Assembly (NCBI GenBank): GCA_032718475.1
Contig: JAUCBJ010000480.1
Coordinates: 1 to 63,488, forward strand
DNA from: Nemertoderma westbladi
Lineage: Eukaryota > Animalia > Xenacoelomorpha
Length of the DNA: 63,488 nucleotides
Reading direction: 5' to 3'
A program made the translations under genes and the position numbers. Below are positions 1 to 11,715 of the stretch, in pieces (positions within the stretch are counted from its first letter, which is position 1; every line of letters begins with the position of its first letter). The notes under the pieces were generated by a model. The model saw only the letters and a list, made by a program, of their open reading frames with translations, did no database searches and was not told where the DNA came from.

Positions 1-217
1 TTACCAACCAATTGAAAAGTTTTTTGGTAACTTTGTAACACAGCACATCATTCAACAAATATACCTCTCTATGTGTTTGTAATTTGGGATCCGGTCCCAA
101 ATGGTCTGACCGGGATTATTTTCTCTCTCGGCGCTCGGGATCCCTTTTGATCACTAGGCCTAATCAATAAGCCGAACGGTACCGGTATAATTATATTTGT
201 GGCGATATATTTTGTAG

Positions 218-333
218 ATTTGAGGAGGATTCTCTTTGCAGTTGGGCCACGGAATCCGAATCGCAGTGCACCAACTGGCGAGGGTGGAGACGGAATCTGA
301 GCTCCCAGGGTTCCCAGGACGTCGGCGATGTTG
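218..333 (+). CDS. ZSWIM8: ZSWIM8 coding exon (N-terminal; preceding exon lies upstream of window)
   Basis: tttgtag|A acceptor and G|gtaagt donor. Translates (R)FEEDSLCSWATESESQCTNWRGWRRNLSSQGSQDVGDV(G), matching the ZSWIM8 N-terminal FEEDSLCS...NWRGWR motif. Phase joins the exon at 11716. Not in the ORF track. Confidence 0.9.
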
Positions 334-685
334 GTAAGTGACCTAATAGAGCAGTAGTAGTAGAGTGATATATTGTTGTTCATCTCACTCTTTTGTTCCA
401 TAGCTTTAACATTAACTTATCAAATATAGTAAGTAATGTAGTTTTGTTCGATAAAACATGTTTTGGAAGACGCACTTTGTGTGAGAGTTTTAAATTTACC
501 GAAATTCTATATTTTTGTCTATTATTATGTAGATGTACCGGTACTATATATATATATATACTGTATTTAATTACTGTTCATAAATTTTGTCCAACGAAAC
601 TATAGAAACTTTTCCTTTTGTTGATTTTTTTTTGGTTTGCCCTTTACCACTTAAAGCTTCTTGCTAAAATGGGTGGGGGGACCGG

Positions 686-778
686 ACCCCATAGCTGTCT
701 TGAGACGCCTCTTAAAAGACATTATCTCGCTAGAGCCATGGCTGATAGGGAAATATGGCGGCTCAATTTTGATAAGTA
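686..778 (+). mobile_element. Short degenerate LINE 3'-end fragment (same family as 9900-11017)
   Basis: gagacgcctcttaaa...atctcgctagagccatggctgataggga...ggcgg...ttgataag resembles 10790-10900. Confidence 0.5.
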
Positions 779-1343
779 ATTTCGATTTTAATCTTATTTT
801 AATTGTGATGATGGTATAGAATTCTTCTTACGTTAGGCATTGCGCGATTAAAAAATGTGGGGGTTACAAAGAAATCAACTGTTATATTGACCACATCTAC
901 CACTACCAGTTTCTAATGTCATGGAGTTTCTGTGTGTAATTCGAATCGAATTGTATGGATTTCTTCTAAAGTTGCCTATATTGTTCCTTCCATTTTGTAT
1001 CTGATGTATAATACATAATTTAGTTTCCCCGTGTACTTTCACCCACTCCCATATCGAATGTATTTGTCCGGCCTATCTGTATATCAGGCAGCTGTGATTC
1101 TGTTTTAATTCAGTAAATGACTCCACCCATTTTCGTGGTGGCCACTTTACTGGACGGTTTCAGGATCTAACAATAATAAATTATGTTTGTTCGTTACTTG
1201 GTTCCTAATTTTATATGGATAAATTTATAAGTTGTATATGTGACGTTTATCTTTTTGTTATTTACTTTCTTTATTATATTTATATTAAATTCTTATTATA
1301 TTGTATTCTTAGAATCACCTTTCCATCCTTCCGACTTTATAGA

Positions 1344-1750
1344 TGTTACAAACTGCCCTTAAATCCTGCTGGTTATCGCTTGGTAGTTTAGCCCATCGTT
1401 ACACTAGCTTAGGTATATTAGTGCAATACACACCGTTTATGTTACACTGCTTCCCTGTAGGAAGGTTGCCCCATGGCCCTGCTTTCTGTATCTGCCAATA
1501 GGATTTGATAAAACTTTAATAGGCCTATTCTACCTTATTCTTAACGTGTTTTGCACCAGTAATTCTTGTATTTTTTATTCTTAGTAGAACCGATCTGGAG
1601 ATACCCTATGTACTGATGTAAAACTTATTTCAATATACGTAACTTGACATAATTATAACTACGTCTTTTCAAGATTAAATAGGCCTAATGAAATAACGAT
1701 CCCGACGAAACTCGAAACCACAACGCCAATTCCAAATTCTGTGGTTTACA
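1344..1750 (+). repeat. 5' LTR (407 bp)
   Basis: TGTTACAAAC...GGTTTACA; identical by eye to 8743-9149. Confidence 0.97.
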
Positions 1751-1753
1751 TTC

Positions 1754-1771
1754 TGGTTCCGATGCCGGGAA
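1754..1771 (+). promoter_or_regulatory. Primer-binding site, probably tRNA-Glu
   Basis: TGGTTCCGATGCCGGGAA lies 3 nt after the LTR. It is complementary to a tRNA 3' end ...TTCCCGGYATCGGAACCA, recalled as Glu-type. Confidence 0.75.
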
Positions 1772-1869
1772 ACCTGGTCTAAAGGTTTCCACGTCACAGA
1801 TTATCCTTACCCTCGGAGTATCCACAATCCATCGCTGGACAGTTCAACTATCCGTTGCCTTCTCTCGAT

Positions 1870-4800
1870 ATGTCGGACGCGGAGTCTGACATCGTTAGTG
1901 GAGCCACGTCGGGTGGTCTCCCCGCCAAAGGGAATGGTTCGCTTCATGGTAGTCTGAGCTCTCCTCGACTCGGCGATGGAACTACGACATCCGATGGTGA
2001 GGATAAATCTCGACTTGAACCCTTGGAATCCCGACCCGGTTCGAGTGATACCGGTACGCGTTTCGAGGGTTTCGATACCGCGGACCTAGAGGTCCTAGAC
2101 CCTGATATTGCGTTCTATCCTGCGGATGATTTAGAGGCTAGCCCTGCAGTTACCGACAGCCAGCGACCCATCCGATTGAAAGACGCGAAGATTACTCGAG
2201 CCAATACCAAGCGGAGGCTCACTTGTTTGGCTGCCAAGCTTCATTCTCTAGTCGATTCCCGTGGCAGTCGCACCTTAATCCAGGGCTTCCTAGGGGAACT
2301 CAACGAGGACTTTGACGACTGTGTTCGATCTCACAGTAAGTGTCTTCAGTATCTGGATCCCGGAACCGATTCTAAGTCTAAAGCCATAGAGGAGGAATGG
2401 TTGGCTGCCGTCCGCGAGGGTTATCGGCGCTGTCGGAGTGAAGCTGAAAGTTACCTCGCCTCCCGGAGAGGCGAACCTTCTTCAGCTGGTGGAAGTAAAT
2501 CCAAGGTATCCTCCTCGCGATCCCCGGGAGGTGGTATTAACTCCTCGAAGCGGCAACTGGAAGAGAAAAGATTAAAACTCCAGCAGTTCGAAAGGGATCG
2601 GGAGCTTCGCGAGAAGGAGCTAGCGCTCAACAATAGGAAGCAGCTCCGTCGCCTCCAGAACGAGGTGGAGCTGCTCGAGTTGTCTGTTCGTACCGAGGAA
2701 ATAGAAAACAGGGAGGCCGGAGTTGCGAACCTCAGGGAACGGGTTCTCGCTGATTTCCTTGAGGATGAGGACTCCAACCGGGCCGGCGGGGTCCAACCGG
2801 TTCCCAATTATCCTCTCGCATCCAGGAGATCGAATCCTTTCCCAGGTCATCCGTTATCCGATCCAGTGACACAGCTCACGGTTGAGTCACCCCGTTACCC
2901 GCCTAGTAACGTACCGGTAATTCATAGTTCTAATGAAATTACTAGTAATAATATATTACAGAGTTCGTGTCAATCGTGTCCTATTATTGATACAGTGTTT
3001 AAACCGTCTCAATGTAATTCTAGCTTAGCTACTAATACTGTAAGTGATTGTAATATGAATAGAAAATCTGGTGTTATATTTAGTATCTCCAGCGGTTCAT
3101 TTGTGCAGTCATTACCGGTACCGATTATTAGTAGTGTAGAATCTGTCCCGCTCCGTGTACTCAATAAGGATACCACCGGTAATAATTTTATAAATATTTC
3201 AGTGCCAAACTTTGTAGCTGTAGAACACCCAACCACGGCAACTCTGCCCCGCTTTAACCAGCGAACTATTTTTCCATTTGATAGTAATTCAATAAATAAT
3301 TATAAACCTTTAAGTAACTGTAATAGCACTTGGGCTTTATCTAGCCCTGAGTTTGTACCCCGTGGATTTGCCTCGCCTGATTCTAATTTGGTTAGCGGAT
3401 TGAAGGGAGTGTGTGCCCCTGTGAGTTATATGTATGGTGGCTCTACCAATGATAGTGTACATTGTGTGCCATGTACTGCGACTGGTTTGCGTCCTGAGTA
3501 TGCGTCTGACCCTGTGTATCGCCCGAGCGGCCAACCCTTTGGGGGTCCTGAGAGGTGTCCGGGTCGGCCCATTGTTAACGGGCCGGCTAGTGAGCCAGTA
3601 GTGTCGGCCACATATGACCTTCCTTCGTTTTCATCTCGTCCAGTTAATAGATCCAAAGTATCTGGGCGTGTAGATGATTGGATTGACTCTCCTGACTCCG
3701 ATGACAGAAGTGACGCGCTTTTTGGTGGTCATGGTCCGATAGATTTGCAGGCTCTATTTAAGGTACCAATCGATCCATTTGATGGCTCACCCATTAAATG
3801 GCCTGGTTTTATTTCATCATTCCGTGCTTTAGTGCATGATAGAATTCCAAACGACGCAATTCGTCTCTCTATTCTTAGGAATTTATTATCCCCTGAGATT
3901 CGTAATAGTGTAGCTGCTACTATAGATGACCCTACATTGTATTATGAAACATTGAGAGATATTCGCAGAATTTATGGTGATAAACATCTCATTGCTTCTA
4001 GCCATATTAAACAGCTTTTTTCTGTCCAAAATGTTAACTCAAGCGATTTCGAGTCATTAAAATCCTTTTCGCTTAAATTGCATGGCTCAGTATCTGCTTT
4101 AGATAAATGTGGATATAAAGATGACCTTTATTCCGCAAATAATTTAAATGTTTTAGTTGACAAATTGCCAAACCCGCTACAACATGAGTGGAGCAAAAAA
4201 GTAGTTGCAATTCAACCTGGGCGTCCGTCTTTAAAGGATTTTGATGACTGGATTTCGTATAAAGTTAGTTGTGGTCGTGCTATAGAGTCTACACTTAAAA
4301 TTAGACCCAGTTCTAATACATCTCAGCCCCAGTTTAAACACAATAATAACCCTAGAATATTGCGTGAGAAATCTAAAGCAGTAACCCCTAAGTCATCTAC
4401 ATTTTCTCCAACAGTTCTAGCAACGGGGGGAGGACCCTCTAAGCAACTAGAAAGCGAAAAATGTAGTTGCTGCGAACTGTCCCACACTGTAGAAGATTGT
4501 GATAAATTTAAAAAATTATCCCTTGCTGAGCGTGCAGAACTAGTGCGTGAAAAGGGCATGTGCTTTGTGTGTTTAAAAACTCGGCACCGAGCAGCCGACT
4601 GCTCCATAAAGGAACCATGTAAAGCCCCATCTGGGTGTAAGAAAAGGCATCATACATTATTGCATGATGCTCCTCCAGTTTACGGTAACTCGAAATCCTC
4701 CCGTTTCCGCTCTAAGCATGTCGGATCGACTAGCTGCGACTCTACCCCGTCTACCGTGGCGCTACAGATTGTCCCGCTTCGTGTACGATCCTCCGCTGGC

Positions 4801-7800
4801 AAGGTTGTAGAAACTTTCGCCTTATTGGATCCTGGTAGTCAAATATCAGCTGTCGATCAAAAGTTAGCCAATGAGCTCGGCCTAAAAGGTAAAGAAACCT
4901 CGATTAAAATAGGCACAATCAACTCGGAAGGTAAACCAATAAAGTCTCTGTTAAGCTCCGTGGAGGTCTTGCCCACAGATGGTGATAGCTCGTTTGAAAT
5001 ATCTGACACCTGGGTATTACCCAAACTTAATATTACACGTCAGCGATTTGATTGGCCAAAAATCAAGGGTTTTTGGACTCACTTACGCGATTTGAATTTA
5101 CCGCGCATTGATTCGGATAAAGTGAGCGTTCTATTGGGTGCTGATGTATTTAATATTATTCGCCAGTTAGATTATAGGTCTGGTCCACCTGGTTCACCAT
5201 CTGCTGTTCTTACTAATTTTGGTTGGGCTTGCACCTCGAATGTTCCGCTATTCCCATTGTGTGATAGTGAGCGGAGAGATATTTTACATACACATGTAGA
5301 AACTACCTCGAGTGCTCGTTCGCTGGTTAATCCAAAGTCCTCAGGTAGTTTGCATGATCTCGTAGCCGAATTCTGGAGAACAGAATCATTCGGTGTTAAC
5401 CGTGGTGGTGACCTACCTCTTTCTAAGAAAGATGCCTTGGCTCTGGAGATGTTGAGAGACACCACTAGTTGCATAGATGGTCGCTATGAGACTGGCCTAT
5501 TGTGGCGCTCCCCGTCTGTTTATCTCCCTGATAATTACCAGTCTGCTCTTAGGCGTTTAAAGTCCACTGAGAGACGCTTAAGTCGCGATTCCTCATTAGA
5601 AGTGCGCTATGACGAGATATTGCGAAGCTACATTGATAAAGGATTCGCAGTTAAAGTTCCACCAGGAGAGCTAGAGGGCCCCCCTGGTCGTGTTTGGTAT
5701 TTGCCCCACCACCCAGTAATTAATCCGAATAAACCTAGTAAGATTCGAATAGTATTCGATGCCTCGGCTCGTTACCATGGTGTTTCCCTAAACGATAAAC
5801 TCCTCCGTGGCCCGGATTTTCTCGCCAGTTTAGTAGGAGTCTTGTTGCGCTTTCGAGAGAAACATGTGGCGATTTCCGGAGACATTACTGCGATGTACCA
5901 CCAAGTAGGAGTGCGGCGTGAAGACCAAGATTGTCTTCGCTTTCTCTGGGGTGGTGTTAAGCGTGATGGCCCGCCTGCGGTTTATAGGATGTTGAGACAG
6001 ATTTTTGGTGCCATAGACTCCTCGTGCATCTGTTTTTACAATCTCCTTCGTACTGCTGAAGATAACAAATCTATATTTCCAGATGTAGCCCCCAGAGTGG
6101 CTCTGTGTTTTTATGCTGACAATTATTTCGATTCATGCAATACTGAATCTGAGGCGATTGAGCGTGTATCTCAGATGAAAGCGCTTCTCTCTTTGGGGGG
6201 ATTTCATCTTGGGCAGTGGGTCTCATCATCTCGCCAAGTTCTAGGTTCTGTCCCTTCTTCTGATCTTGCAGACCCTTTGTTGAATCTTGATTTGGACGAA
6301 TTACCGGTTGAGAGAGCGTTGGGTGTTCGGTGGAACTGTTCGAGTGATTGTTTTGTCTTTGAGCACAAAATTTCAGATTCTGATGCGCCCCCTAGCAGGC
6401 GGATTGTGCTTGCTAAAGTTGCCTCGCTATTTGACCCATTGGGGCTTATCTCCCCGGTTGTATTGGTTGCCAAGGTGCTCCTTCAGGATATATGGAGGCA
6501 AGTTACATCTTGGGATACCAAATTGCCTGATAATTTAGTTCTCCGTTGGCAGTCATGGCTCAAAGACTTGCCCAATATTGATCAAGTGTCGATCCCTCGT
6601 TGTTTATTTAATGATAATACCTTTAATTCCAGCACTCAACTTCATTTATTTTCAGATGCTTCTGAACTTGGTTTTGGTGCTGTGGCCTACATTCGTACTG
6701 TGTATAGTTGTGGAGACATCAGTGTCTCGTTTACTATGTCTAAATCCCGTGTGGCGCCTGTGAAACAATTGTCCATCCCCAGACTTGAGCTTCAAGGCGC
6801 TATAACTTCCGTCCGACTGTCTGGACTTGTACAAAATGAACTAACTATTGAGTTTAATGATGTTTATTTTTGGGTGGATTCAGTAACTTGTTTGCGTTGG
6901 GTATTTTCGCAAAACTGCCGGTTTATGCCATTTGTTGCCCACCGTATTGGTGAGATATTGGATACCGCTGAGCCCCGGCAGTGGCGCTACGTACCTACTG
7001 CTGTGAACCCCGCTGATTTCTGTAGCCGTGGTATGAATGCGTCTGATTTGACACCTGATCACCCGTGGTTTTGTGGTCCCGATTTTTTGAAATTATCTGA
7101 GTCCGAGTGGCCTGATTTCCCTGTGGTTGATTTGAGACCTGATCCGGATGATTGTGAAATTAAAGTCACCTTTACTATAAGCTGTGACGTTATTTGGATA
7201 TGTGAGTACATAAAACGTTTTTCTAATCTCGCACGATCTCGTATATTCCCCAATTTACAGCGGTGCATTGCCTGGATTAGCCGTTTTATATTTAATTCTC
7301 GCAATAAAGACTGCAGGTCCGGTCCTCTGTCTGTCAGTGAGCTTAACGATTCTTTAACCTTATTAATTAAAGCTGTTCAGTCGTGTGAATACCCCAATGA
7401 ATTAGGAGACCTGCGCTCAGGAAAGGAGTTGTGTTCCAGTAGTTTCTTGTTATCTCTGTCCCCTTTTCTTGATGAAAATGGTCTGCTTAGAGTTGGGGGC
7501 CGTATAAAGTCCGCAGACTTACCATATTCTACTCGTCACCCTATCATTCTTCCACACGACTCACACTTGACTAGACTGATTATCTATGATTTGCACGAGT
7601 CTATTGTCCATGAGGGTGAGGAATACACTCTAAATGTATATCAACAGCAATACTGGTCGCCCAGAGGTCGGTCCCTTGTACGTAAATTGATCAATAGGTG
7701 CACTTTCTGTAGAAAACGTAGAGCCCATCCTGAACCCCCGCTGATGGCCGCTCTCCCCCGCTCCCGTCTCTCACCCGCCACCTTTCCCTTCCTCAATGTA

Positions 7801-8733
7801 GGTTTGGATTTCTGTGGTCCGTTTCTCGTTCGGCATTTCCGAAAAACTGTGAAACGTTATTGCCTTCTAGGCACCTGTCTATTAACTCGTGCGGTTCACT
7901 TAGAAGTAACCCATTCGTTAGATACTGATTCATTTTTATTGGCCTTCCGTCGTCTGATTGCTCGCCGCGGTTCGCCCAGAATTGTCTACAGTGACAATGG
8001 TACGAACCTTGTAGCAGGTGAGAAAGAGCTCCGTGTGTGCCTTAAGGAGCTTAATCAGACAGTAATCTCTGATACTTTGTCTCAAAGAGGCATCCGTTGG
8101 GTTTTCTCCCCTCCTTCTGCACCACACTTCGGCGGCGTATGGGAGAGGCTAGTTAAATCCTCTAAGAAGGCCTTGAGAGCTGTACTCGTAAATCAGTGTG
8201 TAGGAGATGAACTGCTGCATTCTGTTATAGTTGAAGTTGAACACTTGCTAAACAGCCGTCCCTTGACCCACGTCAGCGTAGATCCTGACGAACCTGAAGC
8301 TCTAACGCCGCATCATATTTTGCTTGGTAGACCAAACCCCAATCTACCTCCAGTTCTGGTTGACGATTCAGACATAAGTTCTCGTCGTCGTTGGCGCGCT
8401 ACTCAGGCCTTGACTAATCAGTTCTGGTCCCGTTGGATGAGAGAGTATGTCCCGTCTCTGATTGAGAATAGGAAGTGGTTAAAGTCCCGCCGTAGCTTGT
8501 GTAAGAATGACATTGTGCTTGTCATTTTCTCTGACACACCGCGCGGTCATTGGCCCTTGGGTCGTGTTCTAGAGACCTTTCCCGGACGTGATGGAATCGT
8601 CCGGACCGTGCGTGTGCTCGTGCGTGGTAAAGAATATACCCGTCCAGCTGTGAAAGTGTGCCTGTTGGAAGAGGCAGGCGAGGTGGGCCACTTTGAAACT
8701 GAAAGTAAATGTAACTCTACTGTCGAGAGTTAG
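1870..8733 (+). CDS. BEL/Pao Gag-Pol polyprotein (Gag, three Zn knuckles, aspartic protease, RT, RNase H/Peptidase_A17, integrase)
   Basis: Uninterrupted ORF, first ATG at 1870. Motifs: FDGSPIKWPGF (Gag), CSCCELSH...C / CFVCLKTRHRAADC / CKKRHHTLLH, ALLDPGSQIS, WYLPHHPV..KIRIVFDAS, FYADN, LHLFSDASELGFGAVAY, H..H..CTFC, GLDFCGP / SDNGTN / GGVWERLV. Domain order PR-RT-RH-IN. Confidence 0.97.
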   Translation: MSDAESDIVSGATSGGLPAKGNGSLHGSLSSPRLGDGTTTSDGEDKSRLEPLESRPGSSDTGTRFEGFDTADLEVLDPDIAFYPADDLEASPAVTDSQRPIRLKDAKITRANTKRRLTCLAAKLHSLVDSRGSRTLIQGFLGELNEDFDDCVRSHSKCLQYLDPGTDSKSKAIEEEWLAAVREGYRRCRSEAESYLASRRGEPSSAGGSKSKVSSSRSPGGGINSSKRQLEEKRLKLQQFERDRELREKELALNNRKQLRRLQNEVELLELSVRTEEIENREAGVANLRERVLADFLEDEDSNRAGGVQPVPNYPLASRRSNPFPGHPLSDPVTQLTVESPRYPPSNVPVIHSSNEITSNNILQSSCQSCPIIDTVFKPSQCNSSLATNTVSDCNMNRKSGVIFSISSGSFVQSLPVPIISSVESVPLRVLNKDTTGNNFINISVPNFVAVEHPTTATLPRFNQRTIFPFDSNSINNYKPLSNCNSTWALSSPEFVPRGFASPDSNLVSGLKGVCAPVSYMYGGSTNDSVHCVPCTATGLRPEYASDPVYRPSGQPFGGPERCPGRPIVNGPASEPVVSATYDLPSFSSRPVNRSKVSGRVDDWIDSPDSDDRSDALFGGHGPIDLQALFKVPIDPFDGSPIKWPGFISSFRALVHDRIPNDAIRLSILRNLLSPEIRNSVAATIDDPTLYYETLRDIRRIYGDKHLIASSHIKQLFSVQNVNSSDFESLKSFSLKLHGSVSALDKCGYKDDLYSANNLNVLVDKLPNPLQHEWSKKVVAIQPGRPSLKDFDDWISYKVSCGRAIESTLKIRPSSNTSQPQFKHNNNPRILREKSKAVTPKSSTFSPTVLATGGGPSKQLESEKCSCCELSHTVEDCDKFKKLSLAERAELVREKGMCFVCLKTRHRAADCSIKEPCKAPSGCKKRHHTLLHDAPPVYGNSKSSRFRSKHVGSTSCDSTPSTVALQIVPLRVRSSAGKVVETFALLDPGSQISAVDQKLANELGLKGKETSIKIGTINSEGKPIKSLLSSVEVLPTDGDSSFEISDTWVLPKLNITRQRFDWPKIKGFWTHLRDLNLPRIDSDKVSVLLGADVFNIIRQLDYRSGPPGSPSAVLTNFGWACTSNVPLFPLCDSERRDILHTHVETTSSARSLVNPKSSGSLHDLVAEFWRTESFGVNRGGDLPLSKKDALALEMLRDTTSCIDGRYETGLLWRSPSVYLPDNYQSALRRLKSTERRLSRDSSLEVRYDEILRSYIDKGFAVKVPPGELEGPPGRVWYLPHHPVINPNKPSKIRIVFDASARYHGVSLNDKLLRGPDFLASLVGVLLRFREKHVAISGDITAMYHQVGVRREDQDCLRFLWGGVKRDGPPAVYRMLRQIFGAIDSSCICFYNLLRTAEDNKSIFPDVAPRVALCFYADNYFDSCNTESEAIERVSQMKALLSLGGFHLGQWVSSSRQVLGSVPSSDLADPLLNLDLDELPVERALGVRWNCSSDCFVFEHKISDSDAPPSRRIVLAKVASLFDPLGLISPVVLVAKVLLQDIWRQVTSWDTKLPDNLVLRWQSWLKDLPNIDQVSIPRCLFNDNTFNSSTQLHLFSDASELGFGAVAYIRTVYSCGDISVSFTMSKSRVAPVKQLSIPRLELQGAITSVRLSGLVQNELTIEFNDVYFWVDSVTCLRWVFSQNCRFMPFVAHRIGEILDTAEPRQWRYVPTAVNPADFCSRGMNASDLTPDHPWFCGPDFLKLSESEWPDFPVVDLRPDPDDCEIKVTFTISCDVIWICEYIKRFSNLARSRIFPNLQRCIAWISRFIFNSRNKDCRSGPLSVSELNDSLTLLIKAVQSCEYPNELGDLRSGKELCSSSFLLSLSPFLDENGLLRVGGRIKSADLPYSTRHPIILPHDSHLTRLIIYDLHESIVHEGEEYTLNVYQQQYWSPRGRSLVRKLINRCTFCRKRRAHPEPPLMAALPRSRLSPATFPFLNVGLDFCGPFLVRHFRKTVKRYCLLGTCLLTRAVHLEVTHSLDTDSFLLAFRRLIARRGSPRIVYSDNGTNLVAGEKELRVCLKELNQTVISDTLSQRGIRWVFSPPSAPHFGGVWERLVKSSKKALRAVLVNQCVGDELLHSVIVEVEHLLNSRPLTHVSVDPDEPEALTPHHILLGRPNPNLPPVLVDDSDISSRRRWRATQALTNQFWSRWMREYVPSLIENRKWLKSRRSLCKNDIVLVIFSDTPRGHWPLGRVLETFPGRDGIVRTVRVLVRGKEYTRPAVKVCLLEEAGEVGHFETESKCNSTVES

Positions 8734-8742
8734 GGCCGGCGA

Positions 8743-9149
8743 TGTTACAAACTGCCCTTAAATCCTGCTGGTTATCGCTTGGTAGTTTAGCCCATCGTTA
8801 CACTAGCTTAGGTATATTAGTGCAATACACACCGTTTATGTTACACTGCTTCCCTGTAGGAAGGTTGCCCCATGGCCCTGCTTTCTGTATCTGCCAATAG
8901 GATTTGATAAAACTTTAATAGGCCTATTCTACCTTATTCTTAACGTGTTTTGCACCAGTAATTCTTGTATTTTTTATTCTTAGTAGAACCGATCTGGAGA
9001 TACCCTATGTACTGATGTAAAACTTATTTCAATATACGTAACTTGACATAATTATAACTACGTCTTTTCAAGATTAAATAGGCCTAATGAAATAACGATC
9101 CCGACGAAACTCGAAACCACAACGCCAATTCCAAATTCTGTGGTTTACA
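8743..9149 (+). repeat. 3' LTR (407 bp)
   Basis: Direct repeat of 1344-1750, starting 10 nt after the stop codon and followed by the ATAGA TSD. Confidence 0.97.
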
Positions 9150-9899
9150 ATAGATATAGTTTGTCGTATTTAAGGTTGCTTTTTTAGTCCTTTTAGGCTA
9201 GTGAACGGCTCTCATATAAATTTATAGGATGTATATTCTGCCGTCCTTGTATGCCTCGTGTAATCGATGTGAGTGTGTGTCAATAGTCATCCGTGTGTGC
9301 AACAGTGGTGGTCAACGTCTGACCCAAGCCCGTAATGACCATACCCGGGCCAGGGATGGCATGAAGGTGGTGTCTACATCCGTACCGCCGGCAACCTCAA
9401 CCTGCACGTATACTGAGCGGCCCCGAGGTTGACCTCCCAGTATATGGGTTCTGTCGCCGCCGCCGTAACGAGCATGTATCACACAGACTCCAAGAAACAG
9501 ATCGAACTGGAAGATGCAAACCAATAATGACTTGCATCAACCAAACAAACTGCCTCCTGTTTAATGTAATACACACACAGTCGTATAAGCAGACAAATCG
9601 CAATCACTAATCGTGCGATGTGTGAAATGTTATCCCGATCCGCAACCTTGGAAACTGCCCCAAAGATCAGTTTACTCTGCTAAGTATTTCCATGAAAATA
9701 AGTGGATTTATTTAAATTCTTTGCCGGGATTCCATCCCTCCACTTCTAGCTTGCTTGTCACTTGTTCTATCAATTGAAATGAGCCTCCAGACCCGAAAAC
9801 AAGCACTCGTAGCGAGTGGTTAAATAACTTCTCAGAAGGGCAACCTAGCACTCTGGGGGTCTTTTCGGCGAATCCCATCGACCCCGATTGCTCCAAAGC

Positions 9900-11017
9900 T
9901 ATACAATAGAATTATATTAAATCGCATCAGGGATACCATTGAGAGACTGCTACGTGGAAATCAGAATGAGTTCCGCAAATGTCGTAGGACCATGGAGCCT
10001 ATTCTGGCACTTATGAGGATAATTGAAGAGTTATCAAAAAAGAATGTGATGATGATGGGGTGATGATAACTCCACCTACTGGCTCCGGAAGTCGAGGAAA
10101 TCCTGCCAAGTACCTAACTGATCTAGACTTTGCTGATGACTTAGGAGTACTCTCAGAATCACTAGAGGGAGCCCAACTCCTCATCAGCTCATTAGAACAG
10201 GCTGCCTCTAGTGTTGGTCTTTTTACTTTTTATTAACTGCAAAAAGGCCAAATTTTGACAGTTAACTTTGAATGTCCTCAGCAAGTCTGTGACCGGATGA
10301 GCATAAGCTCAAAGGATGGTATGCTTGAGCATGTGGACGACTTCTGTTACCTGGGATCATGGATCCGGAATTCAGGTGAGGACAGTCGAATACGTAAGGA
10401 AAGGCATGGGCAGCATTGAATGGGCTTTCCAGGATTTTGAAGTCACAGAGAATTAATCGGAAACTTAAGGTCCGATTATTTAGAGCAGCAGTAGTTCCAG
10501 TACTCCTCTATGGGAGTCCATGCTGGGCTCTAACTGCTGAGGACACCAAATCTCTGGATGGCACATTCACAAGAATGCTACGCCGGGTTCATTGTGTCAA
10601 GTACAATGCACACATCTCCAACCAGACACTATATAACATTGGAGGTGTCTCATTGGTTCTTCCAAGTTTGACACTTGAACAAATCCGCCTCCGCTTTGCA
10701 AGACATTGTTTTCGCCGTGAGGACCAGCCTGTGCATAATCTTGTACTTTGGCAGCCTCATGGAGTGAATAAGCATGGTGGACAGCCCATGACTTTCGTGA
10801 GACGCCTCCTAAAGAACACTGACTATGAAGATGCGGATAATCTCGCGAAAGTCATGGCGGTTAGGGAGTTGTGGCGGTGCGACTTTGTTGATAAGCCGGC
10901 ATAGCATTCTTATTGCACTTGCATTAAGCTTGCCAATTGTGGATTGTATGGTGGTGACAAAACGTTTTTGTTAAGCTGGCATAACATCTCAATGTGCAGC
11001 ATCAATGCAGCAGGCCG
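9900..11017 (+). mobile_element. Degenerate, internally deleted RTE-like LINE (RT remnant plus C-terminus)
   Basis: Broken frames give LLRGNQN.FR...MEPILAL..IIEELSKK, then YLTDLDFADDLGVL (~10110-10150). ORF 10416-10904 gives KVRLFRAAVVPVLLYGSPCW...LDGTFTRMLRRV. Confidence 0.85.
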
Positions 11018-11715
11018 ATTATAGATATATATATGGCTTACATCTTACAATTAAACGCTTGAGTGTAACTCCGCAATTCGCCGTCAAAATGCAATTTGCG
11101 AGTATAATAAATTTCTTTAAAAACAAATAAGCTTGTTTCCCCTGATGATGTAACTGTTTAATAATAATTAATGTAATACGAATAACATGTATAAGTGTAA
11201 TTCTTGTTTGAGATTCAAAATGTTTTAAGAGAGATCTTTTAAACATTTATTACTCTTCCCAATATTGGAGAGAGGGGAGTTATTCGCTTGTACCGTAATT
11301 GGACTCGTCTACTTCTGGTGAACCTGTGAATGAGTGAGTAAGGAAATTATTTTTTCCATTAGGGAAAAAGTTAAACAGTGGGATATAGTAAATTTATTCC
11401 CGTGAAAAAAGTCAAATAATAATCAACATGATAACATTTTTAATGGAATTTGAATGAAATCCACGGCTCTCTGCAAGTACGGTAGTAACTTTGGAATTAC
11501 ATTAGGGTTGGGTGTAAGATATATCCAAAAAGAGGCTAGAACTTGTGTAGATATAAAGGAGGGGGGGGGGGGTGCGTGAATGGGGTAACTATTGTAAAAA
11601 CATCATACTGGTCACTTCATGCACCAATTACTGTAAGAAACTGTAGTAACAAAAGTCCTAGTAATGACTCACCTGGTGTTTCTGACGTATTCTCTACACG
11701 TATTAACTTTTGCAG

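Larger units (their letters stand above)
1344..9149 (+). mobile_element. Full-length BEL/Pao LTR retrotransposon in a ZSWIM8 intron
   Basis: Two 407-bp TG...CA LTRs (1344-1750, 8743-9149), 5-bp TSD ATAGA (1339-1343 and 9150-9154), a PBS, and a single gag-pol ORF. Confidence 0.97.

Noticed and set aside
69-401. 110-aa minus-strand ORF
   Set aside because: Antisense shadow of the real ZSWIM8 exon 218-333 on the + strand.
6109-6135. RT motif YADN instead of YxDD, as a sign of inactivation or novelty
   Set aside because: YxDN variants are common in BEL/Pao RTs, and the element is otherwise intact and young.
9800-9890. tRNA-like A box (TAGCGAGTGGTTAA) with a weak B box
   Set aside because: Too degenerate to fold or to call; at most an old SINE head.
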